This document shows positions 26,657-35,543 of a DNA stretch of 64,000 nt, piece by piece. Both the position numbers and the translations under genes were made by a program. Under the pieces are notes generated by a model. That model searched no databases and had not been told where the DNA came from. It worked only from the letters and a program-made list of their open reading frames with translations. The stretch's first letter is position 1. Each line of letters begins with the position of its first letter. Source of the stretch: an uncultured Gemmatimonadales bacterium (GTDB taxonomy: Bacteria; Gemmatimonadota; Gemmatimonadetes; Longimicrobiales; Longimicrobiaceae); assembly GCA_963716255.1 (NCBI GenBank), contig OY970303.1, forward strand, positions 1,312,001 to 1,376,000, written 5' to 3'.

Positions 26657-27940
26657 ATGGAGATCCCCGTGAAGCGAGCCTTCCGCCTGCTCCTCGCCGC
26701 CGCGCTCCTCGTCCCCGCGGCGGCCGCCGCGCAGCAGCCCGCCGCCGACAGCGCGCTCCTCGCCGCGCTGCGCCAGAACCGGCACACGCTCTCCGCCGGG
26801 GCGGACGGGGCGCTGGCGGGACCGGGCGCGAGGGTGCTGCTGGACGCGGGGCGGGAGTCGCAGTTCTTTTTGATCGGCGAGGAGCACGGGATCGCGCAGG
26901 TGCCGCAGCTCGCGGCGGGGCTCTTTCGCGCCCTGGCGCCCGCGGGGTACCGCTACCTGGCGGTGGAGACGGGGGACGCCGCGGCGGCGGGCCTGAACCG
27001 CGCGGCCGTGCGGGGGGACACGGCCATGGCGTCGTTCATCCGCCGCAACTGGCCGGGGGTGCCCTTCTACACGCTGCGAGAGGAGTCGCAGCTGCTGACG
27101 GCGGCGGTGCGGGCGGCGGGAGGGCGGACGGACGTGGTGTGGGGGCTGGACTACGACATCCTGGGCGACCGCTACGCCCTGCGGCGCCTGCGCGAGCTCG
27201 CCCCGAACGCCGCCGCGCGGGCCGCCGCGGACCGGGCCCTCGCCGCCGCCGACTCCATGCTACGCGCGTCGGTGGGGACGGGGAACCTGGCTGGCATCAT
27301 GATGTTCGCCGCCCCGGACACGGCCTTCGCGCCGCTGCGCCGCGCCTACGCTCCCGCGCCCGGGAGCGAGGCGGACCGCATCCTGGAGGAGCTGGAGGCC
27401 ACGCTGCGGGTCAACGCGCTCCAGGTGGCGCAGCGCTACCACGAGGCCAACGTCACTCGCGGCGGGGTGATGAAGACGCGTTTCATGCGGCGCTACCGCG
27501 AGGCGGTGGCCGCCGGCGACCCGCTGCCGCGGGTGATGCTCAAGTTCGGCGCGAACCACGCCATGCGCGGCCACAGCTTCGTCAGCTTCTACGACCTGGG
27601 GAACGCGGTGCACGAGCTGGCCGAGATGAACGGCGGCCGCGCGTTCGGGCTGATGGCGCTGGCGGGACGGGGCACGCAGCAGGCGGGGATGGACCCCAGG
27701 ACCTTCGACTACGTCGCCGGCCCCGCGAGCGAGAGCGCCTGGGCGAAGCCGCTCTACGACCTTGCCGACCCGCAGGCCTGGACGCTGTACGACCTCCGCC
27801 CGCTGCGCCGCCCGCTCGCCGCCGGGCGGCTGGGAACGGTGCCGCCCACGCTGGCGCGGGTCATCAACGGCTTCGACGCGGTGGTGATCCTGTCCGGGAG
27901 CGGCCCGTCCACCTCCATGGCGGGCCCGCCACCGTTCTGA
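26657..27940 (+). CDS. Secreted erythromycin-esterase/ChaN-like fold protein
   Basis: Signal peptide; FFLIGEEHG, YLAVETG, WGLD, KFGANH. Confidence 0.6.
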   Translation: MEIPVKRAFRLLLAAALLVPAAAAAQQPAADSALLAALRQNRHTLSAGADGALAGPGARVLLDAGRESQFFLIGEEHGIAQVPQLAAGLFRALAPAGYRYLAVETGDAAAAGLNRAAVRGDTAMASFIRRNWPGVPFYTLREESQLLTAAVRAAGGRTDVVWGLDYDILGDRYALRRLRELAPNAAARAAADRALAAADSMLRASVGTGNLAGIMMFAAPDTAFAPLRRAYAPAPGSEADRILEELEATLRVNALQVAQRYHEANVTRGGVMKTRFMRRYREAVAAGDPLPRVMLKFGANHAMRGHSFVSFYDLGNAVHELAEMNGGRAFGLMALAGRGTQQAGMDPRTFDYVAGPASESAWAKPLYDLADPQAWTLYDLRPLRRPLAAGRLGTVPPTLARVINGFDAVVILSGSGPSTSMAGPPPF

Positions 27941-27944
27941 GGCA

Positions 27945-28270
27945 CCGCCGGGGGCTTCGCCCGGACCACGTCGTCGATCCGCGGCAGTTCGATGGCGAGC
28001 ACGGTGCGGTAGAGGAACAGAAGGGCGGCGAATGCCTGGTTCTGCATGGCGGCGGACCCGTGGCGCTCGGTCGCCAGGTGGCTGGGAAACGCCCGGATTT
28101 CCCTGGCGCCCACCTGTTCGGGATGGCGTTTCCCGTTCAGGATGATGAACCGGCGGACCTGGTGCGGCCCCTTGCCCCAGCGACAGATCCGGGCACGGAT
28201 CGGGCATTCGACGAACGTCGTCCCGAAGGGTGGATCTTCCAGTCAGCCCGCCCGGCGGAGTCGCGGACAA
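27945..28270 (-). pseudogene. intI: Integron integrase remnant (N-terminal SAM-like domain only, frameshifted)
   Basis: QVRRFIILNGKRHPEQVGAREIRAFPSHLATERHGSAAMQNQAFAALLFLYRTVLAIELPRIDDVVRAKPP matches the IntI N-terminus; catalytic domain absent. Confidence 0.85.
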
Positions 28271-28441
28271 AGCCCTGGACCACAGAAGCTTGCGGGGGGT
28301 GCTGAGCGGGTGTTATCTGGAGGTCGATCCACTTCCACGAGGGTTGGGCCGGCTCGCCGTGCAGGTGTCGCGACCGCGTTCGAGAAACTGCATACCTCAC
28401 GTCCTCACCACGGTGAGCCCTTTGTCGGGGAGGTGGAATTC

Positions 28442-29401
28442 GTGACACGAGAGCGCCCTCTGTCCCAGTACCACGTCCTTCCTCGACGGTTGCGCGCGCT
28501 CGCCGAGTATCTCCCACGGTTGTCCCAGGGCGAATTCGGGGATTGGGAACTGGACCGGCCGGGTCCTCTGGCGGAACTCTTTCCGCCGGAGGAGGAGGAC
28601 ATCCTGAGTGTCGTGGAACCAAATTTTCTGGTCTTTGCAGGCGACTTCTCCGGGGGTTTGCTCGCGCTCGATGTCGGTGGGGCGGGGGATGTCGAGCGGA
28701 GTCCGGTGATCGCTTTCGACTCGGAAGGGGGGATCAATCTCCTGGGCGAGACGTTCGACGACTTTCTCGCGCTCATCGCCAGCGAGCGCCCGGACCCCTG
28801 TGAGGACGGGTGGACGGTAAGCGACGAGCTTCGTCGGTGGATCGTGAGCACCGGAGTGGTTCCGCACCCGTCTGCCGGCGAGCGGCTGACGGAGCTTGCC
28901 CCTCTCACTCGCGCGTTCCGCGTCCGCTTCGCGGCGGCGCTGCGGGAAGCGAGTCGGCGCGTCCGCCCCGCTGAAGTGCTGGACCTTGCCCTGGTCTTGG
29001 GAGAGCGAATCGGCGACGTCTCACTCGGCATGCCCCAGGCTGAACTCGACGCACGCTGGGGACCGCCCGACATTCCCGAGTGGAGCCGACGCGACGGACG
29101 CTTTGAGGCGATCTATCGTGGACAGCCGCTCGCTATCCAATTCGAGGCCGACCGCCTCCGCGTCTCGCGTGTGAGGCTGTGGGCGGGTCGGCATCGCGCG
29201 GTGGCGACCGACGGCACCGATCCGATGTTCCTGACCTCCGAGGAGGCCGCCGCGTGGCTGAGCGCCAGCGGGTTGACCGTCGAGGCGACCGCTCATGAGA
29301 TTCGCGTGCCGTCAGCGAGACTACGGCTCGCGCTCACCGTGTCTCGAGGCGGCCATGACGTCGTTCCCTGGGTGGAGGCGATCGAACTCGCTCAGCCATG
29401 A
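28442..29401 (+). CDS. Gene cassette 1: SMI1/KNR4 (SUKH)-like domain protein
   Basis: GGAGG RBS + GTG; FAGDFSGGLLALD..PVIAFDSEG..LGETFDDFLAL; codon usage differs from the flanks. Confidence 0.6.
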   Translation: MTRERPLSQYHVLPRRLRALAEYLPRLSQGEFGDWELDRPGPLAELFPPEEEDILSVVEPNFLVFAGDFSGGLLALDVGGAGDVERSPVIAFDSEGGINLLGETFDDFLALIASERPDPCEDGWTVSDELRRWIVSTGVVPHPSAGERLTELAPLTRAFRVRFAAALREASRRVRPAEVLDLALVLGERIGDVSLGMPQAELDARWGPPDIPEWSRRDGRFEAIYRGQPLAIQFEADRLRVSRVRLWAGRHRAVATDGTDPMFLTSEEAAAWLSASGLTVEATAHEIRVPSARLRLALTVSRGGHDVVPWVEAIELAQP

Positions 29402-29447
29402 GCCGTCTCGTGTCACGCCGCTATTCCCTGCATCGTCGCGGCGTGCG

Positions 29448-29547
29448 GCCTACCGATCGCTGAAGGGGATGCGATGCCGTCCATGTTTCCGGCCGACGAC
29501 AGGCTTGCACGCCGGCCCCGCACCCCTGACCCCTGTGTCCGTCAGGC
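29448..29547 (+). mobile_element. Degenerate attC-like site 1
   Basis: GCCTACC...GTCAGGC (one mismatch each from GCCTAAC / GTTAGGC); central ~55 bp repeated at 30484-30540. Confidence 0.65.
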
Positions 29548-29585
29548 TGCTCCAGTGCGTCTTCACAGTCAGAGGGAATCGAGGC

Positions 29586-30428
29586 ATGCGACTGCGCGAG
29601 GATGCTGAACAGATCGCGGAGGCGATCCGGCAAGATCTGGGCGGTTCTCGCTCCGCGACGAAGCGGCTCAAAGTCCGGTCGCTCCTTCGTAAGTTCGGCT
29701 ACGTGAAGCGATCCGACAGCAACACCGCCGAGATCACGCAACTTCTCAGCGGGCGTGGAGTTTCGATCAATCCACCCATCGTTCGCCTCGGCAACGATTG
29801 GGAACTCAGCACGGAGGACTGGATCTACCTTTCGACCGAGCAACAGAGCGCTTCGCCATCGTCCTTCAGTGCAGGATCGGCAGTTGTGCCACCAGCTGAC
29901 TGGAACAGCGATGAATGGTTCGACCGCGTGACAGACAAAGCTCTGCGGACCGAAAAGGAGGTCGAAATCAAATTCATCGTTCCCTTGCTGAGCAGGCTGG
30001 GGTATTCCGAGGAAGACCGGTACGACGGCATGCCGGTGCCCGCCGCACACGGATCCAGATCAACAATCCTGGTCATCGACTTCGCCCTGTTCAACAGCGA
30101 TCTCGAAGCGCTCCGGAACCAGCCACTTCTGACGGTTGAGGCAAAGCGGGAGCAGCGCCTCGCAAAAGCCAAGGAGCTATTGAGCGCACACAACCAGGCC
30201 AAGAGCTACAGTCTTTGGACACAATGTGATTTCTTCCTCGTAACCGACAGCCGGACCATACAGGTGTTTCACGTCGCCCGAGGTGGTTTGGATGGGCCAT
30301 CGCCCCTCTTTTCATGCAGCCGCCAAGAACTCAAATCTCACTTCGCCGAACTCTACAGGCTCGTCTCCAAGGGCGCGCTCACCCGGCATTACCTCGCCAA
30401 GCTGGGTGCAACGGAGGAAGCCAGTTGA
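29586..30428 (+). CDS. Gene cassette 2: HsdR N-terminal-like PD-(D/E)XK nuclease domain protein
   Basis: TEKEVEIKFIVPLLSRLGY, IDFALF, VEAK, QAKSY, LVTD. Confidence 0.75.
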   Translation: MRLREDAEQIAEAIRQDLGGSRSATKRLKVRSLLRKFGYVKRSDSNTAEITQLLSGRGVSINPPIVRLGNDWELSTEDWIYLSTEQQSASPSSFSAGSAVVPPADWNSDEWFDRVTDKALRTEKEVEIKFIVPLLSRLGYSEEDRYDGMPVPAAHGSRSTILVIDFALFNSDLEALRNQPLLTVEAKREQRLAKAKELLSAHNQAKSYSLWTQCDFFLVTDSRTIQVFHVARGGLDGPSPLFSCSRQELKSHFAELYRLVSKGALTRHYLAKLGATEEAS

Positions 30429-30448
30429 ATCAGTGGCGACCTCACGCA

Positions 30449-30540
30449 GCCTGACGAATGCGCTGCAGGCGACGTGCAGCATTCCATGCTTTCGGCGGAC
30501 GACAGGCTTGCGCGTCGGCCCCGCACCCATGACCCCTGCG
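30449..30540 (+). mobile_element. Degenerate attC-like site 2, right arm replaced by a family-1 repeat
   Basis: GCCTGACGAATGCGCTGCAGGCGAC left arm; shares GACGACAGGCTTGC..CGGCCCCGCACCC.TGACCCCTG with site 1. Confidence 0.6.
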
Positions 30541-30691
30541 GACGCCAGCGCGAGCCCGCGTGAGGGATTTCGGCCCGAAGGGGCGAGACCCGCGGGCAGT
30601 TTCGCGGGGCTCGACTCCGTTGCAGACGGTCGTATCGTCTGCTACGGAGCCGAAGCCCGACCCCGGCGCAGCCGGGGGCACGCCCGAACCC
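30533..30691 (+). repeat. Family-1 repeat, copy 3
   Basis: Direct match to copy 1. Confidence 0.9.
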
Positions 30692-30715
30692 GGCCGTAAA
30701 AAACCTCAGCCGAAG

Positions 30716-31642
30716 TCAGATCACTTCGTCGCCCGACGGGGGCGGAGAGAACAGCGCCGTGCTCAGGTAGCGCGACCCCGAGTCCGGCGCGATGGTCACC
30801 ACCCGCTTCCCCGGCCCCAGCTCGCGCGCCACCTGGAGCGCCGCCCACACGATCGCCCCCGAGCTCATCCCCACGAACAGCCCCTCCTCGCGCGCCAGCC
30901 GCCGCGCCACCGGAAAGGCATCCTCCTCCCACGCCTTGATCAGCGCGTCGATGACCGAGCGGTCCAGGTTGGGCGGGACGAACCCCGGCCCCATCCCCTG
31001 GAACTGGTGCTGGCCGCGCTCCTCGCCGTGCAGCACCGCCGAGCGCCCCGGCTCCACCGCGTGCACCCGCACCCCGGGGTCGCGTTCCTTGAGGTAGCGC
31101 CCCACCCCGGAGATCGTCCCGCCCGTCCCCGTGCCGTACACGAAGGCGTCCACCCGCCCCTCCATCCCCGCCCACAGCTCCGGCCCCGTGCTCTCGTAGT
31201 GCACCCGCGGGTTGGCCGGGTTGTCGAACTGGTTGGGGAGGAAGGCGCCCGTGCGGTCGCGGATGCGCTCCGCCTCCTCGATGGCCGCCAGCATGCGCCG
31301 CTCCGGGTCGGTGAGCACCAGCTCCGCTCCGTAGGCGCGCAGCGTCGCCTTGCGCTCCTCGCTCATCTGCGCGGGGAGGCAGAGCACCAGCCGGTACCCG
31401 CGCGCCGACGCCACCTGCGCCAGCCCGATCCCGGTGTTCCCCGAGGTGGGCTCCACAATGGTGCCGCCCGGCTCCAGCAGCCCGCGCCGCTCCGCGTCCA
31501 CGATCATGGCGAGCGCCGTGCGGTCCTTGATGGAGCCGCCGGGGTTCATCCCCTCCACCTTGACCCACACCTCGGCCATCCCGGGCTCCACCACCCGCTC
31601 CAGCCGCACCAGCGGGGTGTTTCCGATGAAGCGGTCGATCAC
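30716..31642 (-). CDS. cysK: Cysteine synthase (PLP-dependent)
   Basis: IGNTPLV, NPGGSIKDR, EPTSGNTG, GTGGT, SSG. Confidence 0.92.
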   Translation of the reverse strand: MIDRFIGNTPLVRLERVVEPGMAEVWVKVEGMNPGGSIKDRTALAMIVDAERRGLLEPGGTIVEPTSGNTGIGLAQVASARGYRLVLCLPAQMSEERKATLRAYGAELVLTDPERRMLAAIEEAERIRDRTGAFLPNQFDNPANPRVHYESTGPELWAGMEGRVDAFVYGTGTGGTISGVGRYLKERDPGVRVHAVEPGRSAVLHGEERGQHQFQGMGPGFVPPNLDRSVIDALIKAWEEDAFPVARRLAREEGLFVGMSSGAIVWAALQVARELGPGKRVVTIAPDSGSRYLSTALFSPPPSGDEVI

Positions 31643-32079
31643 CCCGCCGCCTCCGCCGGGGCCGCTTCCATCTCCAGCTCCCACGCCAGCCGCGTGTCCG
31701 GCGCCAGCGAGTGGATCACCGAGCAGTACCGGTCGAACGACAGCTGGATGGCGCGCTCCACGTGGCTCCGGTCCGATTCCACGGCCACCGTGTACACCAG
31801 CCGCACGTCCGTCAGGCGGCGCGGGGCTTCCGCCGCGCGCGAGAACTCGGCCCGCACGCGTAGCGCGGCGGGCGGGGTGCGGCGCTTGTTCAGGATCTCC
31901 ACCACGTCCACCGCCGAGCAGCTGGCGATGGCCACCACCAGCGAGTCCACGGGGCTGGGCGCCGCGTTGCGCTCCCCGTCCACCAGGTGCGTCGGGCCGC
32001 CCTGGGGCCCGCCGCGATAGCGCATGCCACCCTCCCAGACCACCTCCACCGGGTACGGCGAAGCAACTCCCTCGGGCAT
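31639..32079 (-). CDS. OsmC family protein
   Basis: SPVDSLVVAIASCSAVDV and RYCSV cysteine pair. Confidence 0.88.
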   Translation of the reverse strand: MPEGVASPYPVEVVWEGGMRYRGGPQGGPTHLVDGERNAAPSPVDSLVVAIASCSAVDVVEILNKRRTPPAALRVRAEFSRAAEAPRRLTDVRLVYTVAVESDRSHVERAIQLSFDRYCSVIHSLAPDTRLAWELEMEAAPAEAAG

Positions 32080-32163
32080 CTGCGTCCTCCCTTTCGGATA
32101 AGCGAATCGCCCCGCCGGGGCGGGGCGATCGGTCGGCGTGTAGTGGGCGGGCGGCCTTCCCGC

Positions 32164-32376
32164 TCAGTACGTCTGCCGCGGCCCCGGTCCCGGCGGGTTG
32201 CGCGGCGTGGGGTCGCGCGGCTTGGTGCGGGTGGTGGCCGTCAGGATCCCGATTCCAAGGAACACCACCGCGCCGATCACGATCCACACGGGCGGGGCGC
32301 CCAGCATGAACGCCGCGGCGGCGAGCCCCGCGACCACGATGATAATGCCGAGCAGGTACGTCTGAAAGGACGTCAT
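32164..32376 (-). CDS. Small two-TM membrane protein
   Basis: GGAGGTG RBS; MTSFQTYLLGIIIVVAGLAAAAFMLGAPPVWIVIG. Confidence 0.7.
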   Translation of the reverse strand: MTSFQTYLLGIIIVVAGLAAAAFMLGAPPVWIVIGAVVFLGIGILTATTRTKPRDPTPRNPPGPGPRQTY

Positions 32377-32483
32377 GGTCACCTCCGGCGAAGTCTCTCC
32401 CTGCGTCGGGCCCGTTGCCCGCGTCCGCTGCGGGTAATGCAGGAGCGGTGCCGTCGTCCGGAACGGCAACTGCTGTTTACGGC

Positions 32484-32642
32484 GGGTTCGGGCGTGCCCC
32501 CGGCTGGCGCCGGGGTCGGGCTGCGGCTCCGTAAGCGAGCAAACAACGCTCGCTAACGGAGTCGAGCCCCCGCGAAACTGCCCGCGGGGTCTCGCCCCTT
32601 CGGGCCGAAATCCCTCACGCGGGGCTCGCGCTGGCGTCCGCT
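32484..32642 (-). repeat. Family-1 repeat, copy 4 (followed by a CCCTCCCCC..GGGAGAGGGGG palindrome)
   Basis: Reverse-complement match to copy 1. Confidence 0.9.
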
Positions 32643-32881
32643 GGTGCCCCCTCCCCCCGGCCCCCTCCCCCGCAAGCGGGAGAGGGGGAGCACTGCACGG
32701 CTGTTGCCGTTGCGATCTGCGTCGGGAGGTCGGGGGAGGCTGCGCAGGCGGTGCGTTTGTTCGAAGCCAGCGTGATCCTGCGGACCTGCTCAACCGGTAG
32801 GCGAGTTTCGCACTGCCGGAGCAGCCTCCCCCGGCCGACCCCAAACCCGGAGCCCGCCGGAGCGCGCCGTCGTTCCGGCTC

Positions 32882-33724
32882 TCAGACGACAGGGTCGGCG
32901 CCGAGCGCGCCCACGTGCCGCGCGAGCACCTCCTCCATCCAGCCGTGGAGCAGGCCGTTGCTGGCGAGCACCCGGCCGCTCTCCACGGGGCCGCGCGCGT
33001 CGCCCGGCCAGCCGCTCACCGTGCCCCCGGCCTCCGCCACCAGCAGCGCGCCCGCGGCCACGTCCCACGGCGACAGGCCGAGCTCGAAGTAGCCGTCCAC
33101 GCGGCCGGCGGCCACGTAGGCCAGGTCCAGCGCGGCGCTCCCGGCGCGGCGCACGTCCTGCGCGTCCGCCATCACGTCCGCCACCAGGCGGAAGTACGGC
33201 TCCAGTGCGCCCTTCCCCGCCTTGAAGGGAAAGCCGGTGGCGAGCAGGGCGCGGCGCGGCGTGTCCGTCGCGCTGACGCGGATGGGCGCGTCGTTCAGGA
33301 AGGCGCCGCCGCCGCGGACGGCGTGGAACACCTCGCCCAGGAGCGGCGCGTGGACCACCGCCGCGGCCGGCCCCGCATCGTCCGCGAAGGCGATGCTCAC
33401 GCAGGTGAACGGGTAGCCGTGGACGAAGTTGTTGGTCCCGTCGATGGGGTCCACGATCCAGCGCCGTCCCGCGGCGAGCGCCGCCGAGGAAGTCTCCTCC
33501 GCGACGATGCCGTCGCCGGGAAAGTGGGCGCGGATGCGGGCGATCACCGCGCGCTCCGCCGCTTCGTCCACGGCGGTGACCAGGTCGGCGCGCTCCTTCT
33601 CGCGGACCTCGGCCGCGCCCTCGCGGGCGACGATCAGCGCCGCGGCCTCCGCCGCGGCGCGGCGGGCCACGAGCAGCTCGGCGGCGAGCTCCAGCGAAGC
33701 GTCGGGCATACGGGATCGCGTCAT
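32882..33724 (-). CDS. suhB: Inositol monophosphatase family protein (SuhB-like)
   Basis: DLVTAVD, WIVDPIDGTNNF, GSAALDL, WDVAAG. Confidence 0.88.
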   Translation of the reverse strand: MTRSRMPDASLELAAELLVARRAAAEAAALIVAREGAAEVREKERADLVTAVDEAAERAVIARIRAHFPGDGIVAEETSSAALAAGRRWIVDPIDGTNNFVHGYPFTCVSIAFADDAGPAAAVVHAPLLGEVFHAVRGGGAFLNDAPIRVSATDTPRRALLATGFPFKAGKGALEPYFRLVADVMADAQDVRRAGSAALDLAYVAAGRVDGYFELGLSPWDVAAGALLVAEAGGTVSGWPGDARGPVESGRVLASNGLLHGWMEEVLARHVGALGADPVV

Positions 33725-34251
33725 GGGGTGTGCGCCGGCGTGCCGTCGTCCGCGGCGGTGCGGACGAACGGCTCCGCGAGCCGGGGGAACTCGCGGTCCG
33801 GGCGCGGCGTCCGCGCGAGGTCCAGGCGAGTGAAGGCCACGGCGACCTCGTCGTAGTCGTCGGCGATGAACAGGACGCGGTGCACGAAACCGGCCCCCGG
33901 GGCCCGGTCCACCTCGTCGTACAGCGCTTCGCAGCGCGGGTCCCGCGCAATGCGCGCCAGGCGCTCCACGTCCGGCGCCGCGAGCTCCACCCCGTGGTAG
34001 ACCAGGTCCAGGTCGAAGTAGCCCCGCCCCAAGTCGCCGCAGCGCAGCTCCAGGCGCAGGGCGCCGCGGGCCTCGTCGAGCGCCACGCGGCGGACCAGTC
34101 CGTCGTGGATGCTCGTCCGGGCCAGCTCCGCGACGGCGGGCGGCAGCGAAGGCTCCAGGTCGTCGACGAGCCGCCAGTAGGCGTCGCGCGCCGCGGCGCT
34201 CTCGTCGTCGTCCAGCAGCCCCTGGTGCCACTCCGGGGTGAAGAAGCGCAC
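33721..34251 (-). CDS. Hypothetical protein (possibly DUF4085-like)
   Basis: Operon-coupled ORF; MRFFTPEW, IHDG, LYDEVD. Confidence 0.6.
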   Translation of the reverse strand: MRFFTPEWHQGLLDDDESAAARDAYWRLVDDLEPSLPPAVAELARTSIHDGLVRRVALDEARGALRLELRCGDLGRGYFDLDLVYHGVELAAPDVERLARIARDPRCEALYDEVDRAPGAGFVHRVLFIADDYDEVAVAFTRLDLARTPRPDREFPRLAEPFVRTAADDGTPAHTP

Positions 34252-34260
34252 CGGCGCCCC

Positions 34261-35214
34261 CTACTCCTCGGGGACCGCCGCGGCGGCCGGCGCGCGGCGG
34301 GAGCCGCTCATCAGCGCCAGCGTGCTCCCCACGATCAGCACCGCCCCCGCCACGCTCCACGCGTCCGGCACCTCGCCGAAGAAGAGCACCCCCCAGGCCG
34401 CCGCGAAGACGATCTGCAGGTAGCCCACCGCCGTGGCGCGGCCGGCGCGCTCCATCTGCAGGCCGCGCGTCATGTAGATCTGCGCCACCTGCGTCGTCGC
34501 GCCCACGCCCGCCAGCAGCAGCCACTCCAGCGGCGTGGGCCAGCGCGGCTCGGCGCCGGCGAGGAGCGGGATGATGGTGGGAATGGTCATCACCGGGAGG
34601 TAGAAGACCACCACCAGCGGGTGCTCGTCCCTGAGGGCGCGGATGGTGGTGTAGGCCGACGCCGCGGAAAGCGCCCCCGCCAGCGCGATCGCCACGTGCC
34701 AGGGGTTCAGCCGCGCCGCGCCGCCGAAGAGCACCGCCGGGTGCGTCACCAGCAGCACCCCCGCCAGGCTGAGCAGCACGCACGCCACCTCCCGGCGCCC
34801 CATCCGCTCCCCCAGCAGGATGCCGGCGAGGATCGCGGTGAACACCGGGTTCATGTACTGGATGACGGTGGCCTCCGCGATGGGGAGGTGCACCAGCGAG
34901 TAGTAGAAGCAGGTGATGGACGAGGCGCCCACCAGCCCCCGCAGCGCCAGGCGCCCGCGGTGGATCCCCCAGGGACGCACCCCGGCGCGCCGCAGCATCG
35001 CCCAGCTGAGGACGAAGGTGACCACCGCGCGGGCGAGCACGATCTGAGCGCTCGGGAGCCGCGTGCCGGCCTCCTTCACCAGCAGGCTCATCACCGAGAA
35101 CCAGAACGCGCCCACCGCCATGTACCGCAGCCCCGCCGTGGAGACCGGGGCCGGAGAGACCGGCTCTGGACCGGCGCCGGCGAGCGCCGGCGTCGGCCGC
35201 ATGGATTCCTGCAT
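34261..35214 (-). CDS. DMT/EamA family transporter
   Basis: About ten hydrophobic segments in two EamA repeats. Confidence 0.88.
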   Translation of the reverse strand: MQESMRPTPALAGAGPEPVSPAPVSTAGLRYMAVGAFWFSVMSLLVKEAGTRLPSAQIVLARAVVTFVLSWAMLRRAGVRPWGIHRGRLALRGLVGASSITCFYYSLVHLPIAEATVIQYMNPVFTAILAGILLGERMGRREVACVLLSLAGVLLVTHPAVLFGGAARLNPWHVAIALAGALSAASAYTTIRALRDEHPLVVVFYLPVMTIPTIIPLLAGAEPRWPTPLEWLLLAGVGATTQVAQIYMTRGLQMERAGRATAVGYLQIVFAAAWGVLFFGEVPDAWSVAGAVLIVGSTLALMSGSRRAPAAAAVPEE

Positions 35215-35383
35215 TCGTGGCCCGTACGGGACGCGCCCCCGCACACGCGGCGGTGGCGTGGAGGACGCGGACAGAGCGAAAAAGGTCGCCGGGACGCCCG
35301 GCCCCGGAAAGATCGGAGCGGGCACGTCCCGGCTGCACCCCCCGCACGGAATGGGCCTATAGGCATCGACACGACAGGACTCG

Positions 35384-35536
35384 GGGCGTGCCCCCGGCTG
35401 CGCCGGGGTCGGGCTTCGGCTCCGTAAGCCCGCAAACAACGCGGGCTAACGGAGTCGAGCCCCCGCAAACTGCCGCGGGGTCTCGCCCCTTCGGGCCGGA
35501 ATCCCTCACGCGGGCATCGCGCTGGCGTCCGCGGGG
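35384..35536 (-). repeat. Family-1 repeat, copy 5
   Basis: Reverse-complement match to copy 1. Confidence 0.9.
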
Positions 35537-35543
35537 CGATTCG

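Noticed and set aside
28046..28441. N-terminal extension of the cassette 1 ORF as called in the track
   Set aside because: Overlaps the intI remnant and attI region; a GGAGG-GTG start at 28442 is more plausible
30560..30700. Recurring peptides such as MRDFGPKGRD.. and REGFRPEGARP.. in several ORFs
   Set aside because: These are translations of the family-1 repeat in various frames, not a protein family
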